64,000 nt of DNA from Gekko japonicus (Eukaryota): positions 102,752-166,751 of the forward strand of contig NW_015168717.1 of assembly GCF_001447785.1 (NCBI RefSeq), given 5' to 3'. Numbering within the stretch: the first letter of the stretch is position 1; each line of letters starts with the position of its first letter. Both the position numbers and the translations under genes were made by a program. This document shows positions 37,192 to 50,614 of this stretch, one piece after another. The notes beneath the pieces were generated by a model that worked only from the letters and a program-made list of their open reading frames with translations, ran no database searches and was not told the DNA's origin.

Positions 37192-37745
37192 GCCCTGACC
37201 TGGATAGCTCAGGCAAGCCCAATCTCATAAAATCTTGGAAGCAGGGCCGGCTCACTCACTAGGCGAACTAGGCATTCACCTAGAGCGTGCCGGCCCTTAG
37301 GGGCGCCAAAGTGCAACCCCACATACACCAAAAGCACACCCCCGCCAAAAGGCCTGCATTTCCGCAGCCAGGTGACCCCTGCTGCCACCGCCCACCACCT
37401 TTTTGGCCAGCTAACTTCTCCCTGCCTACCCCCTCGGCTTCCCAGCAGAGCACTTCTCCTCCTCCTCCTCCCCCTCCTCTTCCTTGTGGCCGGGGACTGG
37501 CAGCTGAGGCAGGAGCAGCAGTAGGGCTGGGGGAGTGATGGGTTGTGAGCACCCCGTCGGTCAGCCTCTTCTCCGGGCGCCCTGATGAGGGGCGCCAAAC
37601 TGCACCCGCCCCCCCACCAAAAGCCCCCCTCTGGCTCTGACCAGGGGGGTGCAAGGGGGGCACAGGGGGTTCCAGAAGGGATCCTCACCTATGGTGCAAA
37701 ATAAGCTGGGGGCGGCCCTGCTTGGAAGCTAAGCAGTGTCAGACT
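37192..37745 (+). mobile_element. 5S-derived SINE head split by a hAT MITE; a further 5S-SINE piece lies at ~38111-38260
   Basis: gcccaatctcataaaatcttggaag|ctaagcag restores a 5S-like sequence once the insert is removed. Confidence 0.7.
37242..37720. mobile_element. hAT MITE
   Basis: TIRs cagggccg / cggccctg and perfect 8-bp TSD cttggaag. Confidence 0.9.
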
Positions 37746-38812
37746 CCTGCAACAATCAAAACCAATGACTTGCTTCTTCAGAAAAGAAGTTTATTGGTAT
37801 AGTATTGACAGGGCATCTACACTTCAGGTTCTGTGTTCACTTCAGACTAAAGCAAAAAGTGCAGTGTGGATGGATATACATGGTTCAAAAGGGTCACTGG
37901 GTGGTAGGGAGACAATCAAGGTAAAAACAAGGCCCACCAGAATGTAACAGCCTCGCGTTCCCAGACAAGATGTTACAACTAGGAACCAAGGTCAGGCACA
38001 TAAAACATACAGATAAGGTAGCATCACCAAGACAGCAAGAGAGAATCAAAACGAACGCATTCCAAGCAGTTCCCCCCTCCCTACACCAGCCTTTATGGCA
38101 GAGAGCTGACAAGCAGGGTTGACCCAGGCAAGTAATTGGAAAGGAGACCTCCAAGGAATACCAGCACTCAGGACACTGAGGCAGGCTATCAAGCCACCTC
38201 TCTGAAAAATGTCCAGGCTCCCAGTAGGGGGTCACCAGAAGTTGCCATAACTTCCAGGCATGCAAGCACACAAACACACACACACACAAATACCTCCCCA
38301 AATATTGTCAGAGATAGCTTTGAACCAAATAGCTGAGCCATAAAGAAGAAGAGGGACCATTTTTAAGTTGAAGGCTTCCACAGCTTCCCCCTATCTTATT
38401 ATGGAAAAACCTGTTTATAGCATTTGCACATGGTTTTGCTTTGTTGAATACTGTTCTAAATTGGGGGGTCCAAGATAAATCTGCCAAGAACAGGAACTCC
38501 AAATAGTAGAATGCCTTAACCTGCTCAACATTGGACTTGTTGATTGACCATTGAAGCGGGTTTCATTTCCTTGTCTTGGTAAAAACTAAGATCTTAGATT
38601 TCAGATAATTAATCACCAAGATTTCTTGGGGAAAGTAACTGGAGAAAGACTGCAAGGCCCTTTGCAGACCAACTCTGGTTCGAGACAAAATAACAGCATC
38701 ATCCACATAGATCTACTTTCAATTCCACAATTAAGACATATGAAATCTATGCCCTCTATTGGACCTATCAGATGTGTTCATACCCACTAGATGCTGCAAA
38801 ATGTCTTCTTTA

Positions 38813-38895
38813 CATAAGAACATAAGAGAAGCCAATGTTGGATCAGGCCAGTGGCCCATCCAGTCTAACACTGTGTCACACAGTGGCCAAAAATA
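38813..38895 (-). mobile_element. CR1 extreme 3' end
   Basis: Near-identical to 24421-24503. Confidence 0.88.
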
Positions 38896-39304
38896 CATCG
38901 ATCTCTTAAAGAAATTACAGGCATGGCCTCTGGATGTGGTAGTCCTAATTCTATAACCAGGTACCAGACATTGTTCTAATAGCACTTCCTATGACTTTTA
39001 TTCTGAATGTATTCACAACTACCATGAAAAATATAACAGACCTCATAAGGGGGCTACAGTTATAGATTCAACAGCTACAAGATGAAGGAGCTCAAAAGTT
39101 TAACAGTTACATATTTCTGTGGTCAGGAAACAGCATAAAATTATGAGGTTCTGTATAGTTACTCTTAGTACTCGAAACCTTGTTACTGAAGAAAAAGGAG
39201 GTAAAGATTGCAGGGCGATCAGTAAATATATCTCAAAGAAATCAAGTACTCTGCAATCCAGATTTTTATAGGGCAAAAAAATTGCTAAGGTGACAGACTA
39301 ATCA

Positions 39305-39798
39305 TGAGTTCCGGTCACTCGTGCGAGATAACGTGTGTGTGTGTGGGGAAGCGAGGCTATTTGCTCCATAGGAATTTGACCCACAGTTGCGTGATTACAC
39401 AGTCATTGGAAGCTGTGGGGGCAGCCCGCCACTGCGTGATCAGACGCAACAGCAGATTAAATGGGGAGGGGGAGTTGGCATGTGTTCCGGTGCACTTTAA
39501 TGAGGGATCGATGATTCACATCTCCGCACTGAGTGCTCCCTATGCAGTGTGCGATGGTGCGCATACTGAGATGGGAAAAACAACAACAACATGGAGTTGG
39601 GATGGCCTGATTAGACCATCCTGACGGCATGGAAGTGCACTGGAGTGATCACACAGGGGAAAGTCCATCTGTGGCCCGTAGCAACCCGTTTGCTACCAGA
39701 CTTTCCCTGGTGTCTTTTTACTCCGCTTCTGCAGCAGAGCAAAATGGGTTGCCGATGGGTGCCGGACGCTTCCCAGATGTTTGTGTCTGATCGCACCC
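39305..39798. mobile_element. Harbinger-like non-autonomous element
   Basis: Right end (reverse complement GGGTGCGATCAGACACAAACATCTGGGAAG) matches an internal segment of the 10925 family; CpG-rich. Confidence 0.55.
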
Positions 39799-40037
39799 TT
39801 TAAATCCACGCAGCATTCACGCCTATATGTATGGGTAGCTCCTCTCAATTGTCCCCCTTTTTAAGCTTCTGAAACGAAAAATTGACAACCCTATGATACT
39901 AATATGGGATCTCATAAGAGAAAAAACACCCCTTGGAATTGTACTGCCTCTCATCTTGATGTTTCTTTCTTTCTTTATTTGCCTTCAATTTGTATCCCAC
40001 CTTAATGGTATGAACTGGCTCAAGGTGCAATCCTAAG

Positions 40038-40929
40038 CAGGTCCAAAGCTGTGATGGGGCCCCCTCGAGGCCTGGGTCCTCGACTTAGTGTCAGGGTCCC
40101 CACACTTATTGCCAGGAGGCTGCTCACTCTTCCCTCCTCTGCATGCCTTCCCTCCCCTGAGGCGCTCGGCAGGCAGGGTGATCACAGAAGATGGCCAGGA
40201 AGCTGAAGCAAGTGCATCTCCTCCCTCCAGCCCAGAGTGGCCTCCACTCCCCATGGAGAACCTGTTGGCCTCCTGCTGCTGAGAGCCCTTACGGAGTGGT
40301 GCAGGAAGGGAGTGCCAAGCTGGGCTCCTCCCCTCTGCTCTCTCTCCCCCACCCACACCAGAAGGGAAGGAGGCCACCACTCTCCCCTCCTCTGCATGCC
40401 TTCCCTCCCCTGAGCCGCTCGATTATTGAACCAACAAGCCCTCTGCAGGGGGAAGATTCCAAGAGCGGAACATGCAGCAAGGGAACTCCACGTGGAGGCA
40501 GGTGCCCAGCTTGGAGAGGTGCTCCAGAGGAGCCTCTCAAACTCCTCCTCCAGGAAGCATTATCCTACTGACCTCCAGGTAGTTTGCTCCCTGGAGGCCC
40601 CAGCCCAGGATCTCCCTCCCCTGCGCAAGGAGCAGAAGCTCCCAGGAACTCCTGCCACACTGCACTTGCCTCCTCCTCTCTTCCCTGGCCAGAAAACCTT
40701 CGCCTTCCATCCCTCCTGAGCTGCGGCCAATACCTTGGTTGGCTTGGCTCCCTTTCCCCCACCCACACCAGGAGGGAAGGAGACCATTTGCTTTCCCCTC
40801 CCCTCTCCCTGGGGCTTCCCTCCCAGGTCTGCCCTTTAATTAAATTAACTTTGATTCAATTAGCCAGAACACCCCCCCCCCCCCCCAATTTAAATGCCCC
40901 CAACTTAAAAATTCCTGGCTACGGGCCTG
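40038..40929. mobile_element. Non-autonomous hAT element inserted in a palindromic MITE
   Basis: Ends caggtcc / tggctacgggcctg (same TIR family as 6605-8241), degenerate TSD atcctaag / actctaag, internal direct repeats. Confidence 0.72.
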
Positions 40930-41081
40930 ACTCTAAGGAGAGTTACCCCCTTCTGAGTCCATTCAATAGGCTTAGAAGGGTATGAATCTTTTAGGATTGT
41001 ATTAATACAGTGTACATGAAAAAAATCATCCTCCAACAAATCAGTGGGCTTGAAAGATATGAGGGCATACAATTGTCAAAA

Positions 41082-41424
41082 AGCTGTGGTGGCTCAAGTG
41101 GTTAAGACACTGAACTGCAGGCTGGAAGGTCGGTAGTTCAGCAATTCGAGACCCAAGTGCTGAATGACGGAATGAGCTCCTGTCTCTGGTTCCAGCTCCT
41201 GCCAACCTAGCAGTTCGAAAGCAAGGAACTGCAAGTAGATAAATAGGTACCGCTTCGGTGGGAAGGTAATAGCATTCCTTGGCATCTAGTCATGCCAGCC
41301 ACATGACCACGGAAATATCTTTGGACAGCGCTGGCTCTTCGGCTTGGAAACAGAGGTGAGCAGCACAATCCTAGAGTTGGATTTGACTGGCTTTCAAACA
41401 AGGGAAACCTTTACCTTTACCTTT
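41082..41424 (+). mobile_element. Sauria SINE, more diverged
   Basis: Homologous to the other copies, ACCTTT tail, no clear TSD. Confidence 0.9.
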
Positions 41425-41626
41425 GATATGAAAATTAAACAACACAGAACACCTTCCCTTCTAACTCATTATTGTTCAGCTTGTGCATTCTAAGAGGCAG
41501 ATGGTATAAACCAGGCTTGCACTACTTGACACCTTCCAAGCTGGACATAGCCTACCAGCCATCAATGTGGGCCTATTAGGGCTTGAAAAACACATGTTTA
41601 TTGTCAACCTGTTCCTGCAAAAAAAG

Positions 41627-41817
41627 AGGAAGGAAGGAAGGAAGGAAGGAAGGAAGGAAGGAAGGAAGGAAGGAAGGAAGGAAGGAAGGAAGGGAAGGGC
41701 AGGGAAGGGAAAGCGCGAANNNNNNNNNNNNNNNNNNNNNNNNGAAGGAAGGAAGGAAGGAAGGAAGGAAGGAAGGAAGGAAGGAAGGAAGGAAGGAAGG
41801 AAGGAAGGAAGGAAGGA
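41627..41817. repeat. (GGAA)n microsatellite spanning a gap
   Basis: Directly visible. Confidence 0.97.
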
Positions 41818-44800
41818 GAACATGATAAATGTTTGCAGGTTATAAACACTAATCTAAGCCATGGGTCACTTGAGCAAATTATAAAGCAATTTATGTAGTG
41901 AAACCAGTAATACAGATATAGGATAAAAAAAACAAAACACATAAAATTCACCTCTAATTACTTCCCAGATGGTGGGACAGTCTGTGCTGTGAGAGTTTTA
42001 CTTTAAACATTCAGTGGCGGTACCTGCTTTTGGAAGGCCCACAGTTGATTCACTTTGATTTTAACATATTTGGAAGTATTCTGCTCTCTGCATGGACTCT
42101 AGGAATAATCTGCAAGATAGAATTCTACAACTACAGCTTCTCCCACTAATGTGGCACTGTGTTAGGAGAACAATAATTGTAGGCTGAACCATTATTTAAA
42201 GATGGATGGACATTATTCACTGTAGAACTTGCCCTATCATCCCTTGCTAATGGCTCAACCTGACATGTGCCACAGCATAAAGATCATGGCAATTTTGCTT
42301 TTCATTTTTTTGACAGACTATTGATATCTGAGTTTTCTTATGACTGGGAACATGGCTACTGCCCATCTATTGTGTGAGGAGGGATCAGCCATTTTGTTCT
42401 GAACTGAGGGGAATTTCAAAGGAACGCACGATAGGAGGATATATAGGCCCATTCTTTAATGCCTAAGTGCTATCAAATAATTGTACTACAGCTAGAGCTT
42501 CAATTTGCCAGTAGCTCTAGCCTACGGAATACTTAGCATAATAATTAATCTTTNNNNNNNNNNNNNNNNNNNNNNNNNNNNNNNNNNNNNNNNNNNNNNN
42601 NNNNNNNNNNNNNNTACAAGGAAAGTAGCAAAAGCCCAGGAAAGGAAGCAGATTGTATTATGTATTGCCAAGAAAAGGTAGAATTCAAATGTCAAATCTC
42701 CTCCTTACACCACTCCTTACAATGAATGCAGCATAGGAAATGTGTTCCTATATAAAATGAATTATACAGTGATTCTAAATACGGTGTGAGGATGAGGTGT
42801 ATATTAACTGATGAGACGGGGAGAGAGAGAAAGAGAGGAAGAGGTGTTGACGAATATGTTGAGTCTAAGTACGTGTTTGGTATTATGATCACAAGTGTAC
42901 CAGGATAGAATTGTGGTCACCTGATATATGTAAGGATTATTGAAAAGAGGAAAGCATGGCTTGTTTTATAAGCATGGTGGGTCATCTCTAGATAGAATGG
43001 TACCATGCTATATATATACTTAATTCAGTCCTCTAGATCGACCAATTCATTTCTCCCCTTAAGAACTTGTGAGTGTCAGCCTGGACCATTTAGACACACA
43101 GGACGGACCATTTTGATCTTTAGGTACCCATTCATGTATCCAGAATCAGGTCTACATTGCAAGTAAGTCTTCTGAATCATTTCTCTAGTCTTCTTAGATT
43201 ACAGTACTATGCACACTAAACTAGTAATAATGCCCACTGAACACAGTGGGGCACATTTCCAGGTCACCATGGATTGGCTCATGCTACAGATGTTCCGCTC
43301 AAATTCCAGTAGAAAATGCTGTGTCAGCAAAGAGCTCAGTGGGGCATGCAGTATATCTTTACATCAAGTAGGCTAGTTTGAGAAATAGTGATGGGACTGT
43401 GGACACTGGTGACCTCCATAAAAGAAGAGGGGATTTCAACAAGTGTGCCTTCAGACACAAACTACACTGGTTCTATTATCTAGACTACTTCTCAGTCCCA
43501 GTATCTGTCTTGTTTATGGAAAAGAACCAATATTCTGCTTTCATCCTCCATTTAGTTTTGAATCTCAGTATAATTGGCAAATTTTCCAACAACAAATATT
43601 TCTTACACTTTTTTTTTACTTTGAGAGTTTACTAAGGTGGTGCATTCTTCATGTGACAGTTTGGGTTTCCTGGTCTACACCGTTGAGGAGAGGGGTGGAA
43701 AGCTGTTTCTTTCTATCACTTTCTATAACCATCTTATCAGCATGGGCTTCGCACACCAAAAATAGAACTGAAGTGGATTGAAGAGGCTGAATGAGGTACT
43801 CCTATTTCCATCGTATTTGAATAGTGGGACCCAAATAATGAGTGCTAAATAGGGGAAGGAGAGGAAAGACTGGCAGAATTATCAACCACCTCATGAAAGT
43901 AGCTTCTTTGAAATGCCATCCTTAATGCTGTGCTCTCTTCCTGCTTCAGTGTCATCCGTAAATTCTTCAGATGAACAGCTCTATACAGTGCTGAAGCACT
44001 CAGGCTGGTAGTTCAGGAAGTTGGGAACAGGCAGTGGTTGAGAAATAATGTTTTCATAATTGGACATTTAGAGATAGGAAGCGGATTGGCATATTTTGAT
44101 TTTGCTGTTCAGCATAGATTAAACTCCCTATGGAACTTCCAAAAGGTCAGTTGGGGGAGCACTACGAGGTGGCAATTGAGAGGGAGAGGGGAGAGTTGGT
44201 TTCTTCTTGTTGGCTAGGAGGCTTCAATATATCATAGAGCCCATCCATTGAACAGAAACCGAACTTCATGTGTCCTGTTTTCCTTCTGATTTCCAGAATC
44301 TTATCTCCAAATCCGAATTAACAATGATTAAAAAGTGAAATAAAGTCACTCAATAAGAAAGTCCCAGGTATCTTATAAAGTCATTTCATTATTTCACACT
44401 TTATTCAGATTTCTTTGCTTAATGCTGTTGGTTTAATTTAACATGACAGAGATCCAGAAATTCTGAAATGCCAACACTGGGGTTCCATACTTTAATGACC
44501 ATTTAGCTGTATCATATGTATGTACATGACAGAAACTGAAGACATTTTTTGGATGCTGATAACCCACCCAAATGTAATTTAATCAAATATTTAAAGAGGT
44601 AATAATTAATTTTTAAAGAACCGGAGTGAACCAAAACTAGGAGGAAATGTTATTGTTTATTTTTAATGCCAGAAAGTATTCCTGATGCAATTTTAATATT
44701 TCATGTTAAGCAGTAACTTTCTTTTTCCCCCCAGGTTTTTTATATTCCCACTGATCTGTAATTTGAGAGAAAGTTGCAATTTTATAGGAAAGTTTGGAAC

Positions 44801-45623
44801 TTGGAACTCTACATTCCCTACTCTTTGGGGAATATTTGTAACTAATTAAAACACAAGCTAAAGAATTTTACCTGGTTTTCTTGCCCTTGATATGCTAATT
44901 TTAAATACACACATTTTGAAGCTGAAAATCTGCTTGTCTTGTATTTTGTTAGCTTTTTTTTTTTTTACTTCTCACCATGGACATTTTCAAGCTGGCATCT
45001 CCTTGTGCATTTCAAATGTCAGTTTTAGCCTTTCTGTAGCCTGCCTGTGCTCTGTCTCTTTCTTTCTTTCCTTTTCCTTTCTTTGAAGTGTCTTTCACAT
45101 TTAGAGCCTTTTTAATATTTGAAACTGTGGAAGCCTGTTTATTGCACTCCGGCTCCAGCCCTAGTTAAAGGTGTGAACTACCACAGTGGTGGGGGGTACG
45201 CACACATTAACACTGCTGTGGAAAACATCACTTGACAGATGAATGCATGTTAAAATGGATGTTTGAAGAAAGGTGTTTGCAATAAAAAGCCTGAGTCTTG
45301 GGTCACAGGAGGACCACACAAGATTCCAGTCTTATGTCTGTAAAATGCATGGCTCATTCCTAATCTAGCTCTTGCGCTTCTTCTCTCCCTACTCTCACCC
45401 TGCTCAGACACTATCCTGTGAGTGGACTATCACTGTTACCCCACTTTGGAAAATCTGAAGAAGAGTGATTTTTCACTCCAGGGTCTGCCACAGTGACATG
45501 GTTCTGAGCCAGAGGCCAATTGACATACATGACTTGCTGCAGTGGAGGTGTGACTGGAATGGTAAGCTTTTCCTTTCATCCTTTTATTGAACAAATTAAA
45601 ACAAAACCTTTGGGTGTCTTTAG

Positions 45624-45830
45624 ATCCAGATGGTCAGCCGTGTTGGTCTGAAGCAGTGAAACAAATTTAGAGTCCAGTGGCACCTTTTTTCCCCCCAAGG
45701 TATGAGCTTTCGTGTACACACACACTTTTTCCAGATCCTTCCAATGTATTTGAAAAAGAGTGTGTGCACATGAAAGCTCATACCTTGAATAAAACTTTGT
45801 AGGTCTTAAAGGTGTCACTGGACTCTAAAT
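45624..45830. mobile_element. Penelope-like termini in inverted arrangement, with two degenerate hammerhead motifs
   Basis: Arms aatttagagtccagtggcacc / ggtgtcactggactctaaatt and caaggtatgagctttc / gaaagctcataccttg. Confidence 0.75.
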
Positions 45831-46477
45831 TACTTTGGGTGTCTTTGCAACTCTTTCTAGTAACTGGTCTGTCATTGTGAACTTTTGTGTAAGCAAAATC
45901 CTATTGAACTCAAAGACGGGATTAGAGCTATGTCAGAGACCCAAGCATAATTTCTCTGGTACAATTTCCCACCATCCATCACCTCCCAGTACCATTCCAT
46001 TGATGATCTCATGATCATGGTGCTTATCATCAAGATAGCCCCACATTATTTATTTGATAACAGACCAATATTTTTTTTAAAACTCCAGGGAGTACAAACA
46101 CACGGGGCATCATCCTTCTAACTAGGAGTTATTCAGGGCAGGGAAAATGTAAGTGCTATCCATTATTCTTGGTAAGGGCATTGGTATGTGTCCATTAAGG
46201 CAGCATGGACAAAGGACTCCTCAGAGTTACCAATAAATATTAAATAATAGAAAATAGACTAAAATGCAACAATTGTGAGACTGGCAAAATGTGTTCTCTT
46301 CTATTTGGCTTTACAGACAACTGCCTTACAACTTGCGTGATACACAGTGTGCCAGTGGAAGCAGTATCATTATCAGTTACCGCAAAAGCATCTGGTAACA
46401 CCTGGTGAAAGATGAACAATGTCATTCCTGTTCTCCCATGCTGGTCAGTAAAAGGGTTCAGGTCACAATGAGCAGCT

Positions 46478-47300
46478 TTATTTATTTATTTTACTTGCTT
46501 TGTATCCCCCCCTGTCCTGCAAGCTAGCTCAGGGCGGCTCACAACACATGAGAAAACAATGGAAATTCATAAAAAAATCGTATCATTTCCTCCAATAAGT
46601 ATTTCAGTACTTAAGTTAGAACCTGGTGGCAGCTTAATAATATCTGACTGCAATACATGCTGCAACAATGCTGGGAGGTGGATTTCTCTGGTGCCAAGTT
46701 GGCATGAGCAGTACAATTGGGGCAGATTGGGCAGATTAAGCAGGGAAGGCCAGTGTCCTGTGGGCATCCGCTGCCTCATCCGAAAGCATGGCGGAACACC
46801 TCTGTTTTGCAGGCCCTGAGCCTGCTATGGCGGGGAGAGTGGGGAAGAAATTAAATAAATAAATAAATATAAATTGTAATAAATCCTGCAGGGCCCTGAT
46901 CTCAACCAGAAGCATGTCCCACCAGGCAGGGGCAGGGCTGAAAAGGCCCTGGCCCTGGTTTAGGCAAGGCAGATGTCCTTCAGGCCGAGGACTACCACGA
47001 AGTGCTGCTCAGAAGAGCACAAGGCTCTTCAGGGCATTTATGGGAAGAGACAGTCCCATAGGTAGGTCGGTCCCTGACTGCATAGGGCCTTAAACGTTAG
47101 TACCATCACCTTGAATCTGATCCAGTACTCAACTGGCAACCAATGCAGTTGGTGCAATACTGCTGAATGTGTATCTGCATAGACATCCCAGTCAGCAGGT
47201 GGGCCACTGCATTTTGTACCTGCTGAAGCTTTCAGGTCAGATTCAAGGGAAGGTCTACATACAGCGAGTTGCAGAAAATCTAACCTGGAAGTAACCATTG
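46478..47300 (-). mobile_element. L2-type LINE 3' fragment
   Basis: VLHQLHWLPVEYWIRFKVMVLTFKAL motif and (TTTA)n tail complement. Confidence 0.85.
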
Positions 47301-47591
47301 CATCTTGCCCAAATTCAACTAATTGGTCAGCTATAAGTAATAGGCTTAGGTGACATGATCCATCATTTGATGCCTTGGGGTGCTTGCTTCCAGCAAACCC
47401 TCCTTTATGCTGCCTACCCCAGTTAAAAGCTAGCCATACCCTTGACAAGGCCTGTTAAATTACCCCATTCTATTTGGAGCAATGTGGAGCAGGCAAAAAA
47501 TGGTACTATCAACTCAACCAATCTAGCATGGTGTCTCAAAAATTCCTTTGTATCCAATGTAACCAGCTAGTCCCACAGTGCTACCTTAAGA

Positions 47592-47830
47592 AAGCCAGGG
47601 TGGTGTAGTGGTTAAGAGCAGTGGACTGTAATCTGGAGAACTGGACTTTATTCCCTGTTCTTCCACATGAAGCCTGCTGGGTGACCTTGGGCCAGTCACA
47701 GATCTCTTAGAACTCTCTCAGCCCCACCTACATCTCAAGGTGCCTCTTGTGGGGAGAGGAAGGGAATGTGATTGTAAGCTACTTTGAGACTCCTTCAGGT
47801 AGAGAAAAATTTATCTTCTTCTTCTTCTTC
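47592..47830 (+). mobile_element. tRNA-derived squamate SINE (Squam3-like)
   Basis: A box tggtgtagtggttaagagc and (CTT)n tail. Confidence 0.85.
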
Positions 47831-48572
47831 GGGTGAGTTGTCCACTGTTGAGAGGCAGAGGCCATTGAAAAGCTCCTTCTCATGCCTCTCTCCATTCAGT
47901 TCCATCAATCAGCTTCCATGCTTTCAAATCTTCTCCTCCATTTCCAGAAAGTGGACAAGGTAAAGCACACACCCAATGCCAATTGGGCAGGGAACTAACA
48001 TTGTGTAATAACATTTCATGCACCTATGAATCTCTCGGTCATCCCCTTCAAAATTACTTTGAGGGTTTGGAAGAGAGATAACCCAACAGAACATTGCAAA
48101 AATGAGAAGGGAATGTTTAAGGCACTGTGACTGGGCATTTTAAAGTAGTTTTAAAATGTCCAGTGGACACAGATTGGATTCATGACTTTCAAGCCCTGAA
48201 ACTGTATACATAAAGGTGAGTCTTTTTGTTTTAAAAAAGGGCAGGCATAGAAAAAATACACAGGCATGGTGAAGTGGTAATTGCTGTGTACAAAAAGGGC
48301 AGCACACATATACCTCATACCCCCCATAACCCCATTCGGCTCTAGAATTCACCACCCGTCACTAAGGGAATCTTGTCAAAGTGACAGCAATGAGAAAAAC
48401 AAGTCCATCGTTTAGTGCTGTGACCATTAACACGAGACTCTTTAAACTGCATTTTTTTTGTTTGTTTCTGCCTCCTTCCCTTATGCAGGGCCCTGTATGT
48501 ACACGATATCTTAAAACATGTGACAACAAATGCCAGGTAAAAAGTACAAAATTACAGCTTGGATATAGGTAA

Positions 48573-48920
48573 AAAAATAAAGGTTCCCTTGCTCGAAAGC
48601 CAGTCGAATCCGACTCTAGGGTTGCGGTGCTCATCTCCGTTTCAAAGCCGAAGAGCCAGCGCTGTCCGAAGACGTTTCTGTGGTCATGTGGCCGGCATGA
48701 CTAAACACCAAGGCGCACGGAACGCTGTTACCTTCCCACCAAAGTGGTACCTATTTATCTACTTGCAATTTCTTGCTTTCGAACTGCTAGGTTGGCAGGA
48801 GCTGGAACTAGAAACTGGAGCTCACTCCGTCTTGCGGCACCCGGGTCTCGAACTGCTGAACTACTGACCTTCCACAGCCTGCAGTTCAGCATCTTAACCA
48901 CTTGAGCCACCGCAGCTCAA
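48573..48920 (-). mobile_element. Sauria SINE, full length
   Basis: Near-identical to the other copies; TSD ggatataggtaa. Confidence 0.93.
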
Positions 48921-49034
48921 GGATATAGGTAACTACTTGCAATTGATCTCTCTCTTTTTTCCTTTAAATGCCTTGTCCTTTGACCTTCTGTAGAAATACC
49001 TCAGTAGATTGCTGACAGGGATACCACTGCTTTA

Positions 49035-49118
49035 TTTATCTTCAATAGGCCATAATTCCAATCCCTCCTTATCACCTTTATCTTCAACAGGCCATAATTC
49101 CAATCCCTCCTTATCACC
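49035..49118. repeat. 42-bp tandem duplication
   Basis: tttatcttcaa(t/c)aggccataattccaatccctccttatcacc twice. Confidence 0.9.
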
Positions 49119-50614
49119 TTGCCAGCAAGCAACTTTATTCATATTAAGAAATAGGGAGAAGGCTATAATTTTAATAGACCCATGCAGAAGGGGTCACTTC
49201 TAGAATGAATGTGGAAGTACTCAGGTGACTGACAATTACTTCAGACATTCCCAACAAAATGGATGTAAACAGATTAAGGAGCTGGAAAGGGGTGGGATGT
49301 CTCTCCATAAAGCAAGCATGCTCTTTGTCAAAGTTGTCTCTGCAAATGACTTTTAAATTCGACTCCTTTAGAAATTTTGAAGTTGGATATTTTGTACTCA
49401 AAGGTTGTGTTTTAAATATTTAAGAGGAGCCAGGTGTGACACATGATAGAATTGGATTATAAATGAAATAGTGGTTGGAGTGTTCAGAGGGAAACTGCAT
49501 GCCAATCCTATCAGTGGCCTCGGCAGCAGGGAGATGGCTGGGTGTCAGGAACACAAAAACAAGGTTGGTCTGGCCAGGGAGTCAGTTTTGCTGTGCCTGG
49601 CGTGTCCTCCTGGCAGACCTAAAGTTGGATGTTATTAAGCAATCTGGGCTGAAGCACCACCATGCTCCACCATAAATTGAAGAAGGATCTTGACTTCAGC
49701 TCATTGGACATGGAACCCATGCTGGGCCATTCGGTGCAAAAGCGTAATCATTCCCAAGCCACAATTGAACTGGCAGATTCAAGCACTGAGTGGCACATCC
49801 ATGTTGAAGTTTTATATAAGGGAACAGCTGCTTTGGTCAGGCAGTTAATTAAATATGTTAATTTTTTATATGACTAACAGTAGTGACAACAGATCAAACA
49901 GAGATTTCATGACATTTCAGGATTCCCTTATGTGCTCAACATGATCAATTGTGCCACCATTTTTCATGCTTTTGTAGAATCCAACTCCCACTGCCGTTTG
50001 GAAATGCCCTCATTCTTTGTATTGGATTTTGGATGTGATTTAGTACTGCACAGTTGCCAGATGCTTGAGCTCCAGGCATGAAAACTCTTTGGAAGAATAT
50101 GCCTTCCTCATCCTAGAGTTGTGGGGAAGGTATGTTACATGACTATCAAGGATCACTCCTAGGAATATTTTGAATATGTCTTCATGCATAAGTGGTCTTC
50201 ATGCAATAAATGCATAACCTGGAGTCAAAGATGTGTGTTTTGATGAAGTCTGTTGAGTTACAAAGGGATAGCGGGATCATATATACTTTTCAATTTTACT
50301 AATTTTCAATTTTATTTTATTAAAGACTTTTCTTGCCCCCAAATGGGGGTCTTCTGCATAGTTAGTATACAGGCATGTGATTGTGAGGGTTGTTTATATG
50401 CCATCTTTGAAAGCACAGTTTAAAAACTCTATTGTATTTGCAAGAGAATTATATAGTGTTCCATATTTGAATATGATGGGTGGCAATGTTTTTGTGACAT
50501 ATGTTGTATTGTTGCACAGGTTGCAAATGTATACATTAATTGTGTTTCTTTTTTCATATCTGCTTGCCCAATAAAGCCATTTTATATGATGCTACATGGT
50601 GACTTATAAAGAAA

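Noticed and set aside
41476-41951. ORFs with LPSF/EGRK repeats
   Set aside because: Translation of the (GGAA)n microsatellite.
45140-45158. tattgcactccggctcc resembling miR-92b
   Set aside because: Only about 10 nt match contiguously and there is no precursor hairpin.
45456-45485. CTGAAGA-A-GAGTG/CACTC hammerhead-like half
   Set aside because: No GAAA or helix III follows stem II. CTGATGA at ~42808 likewise lacks a stem.
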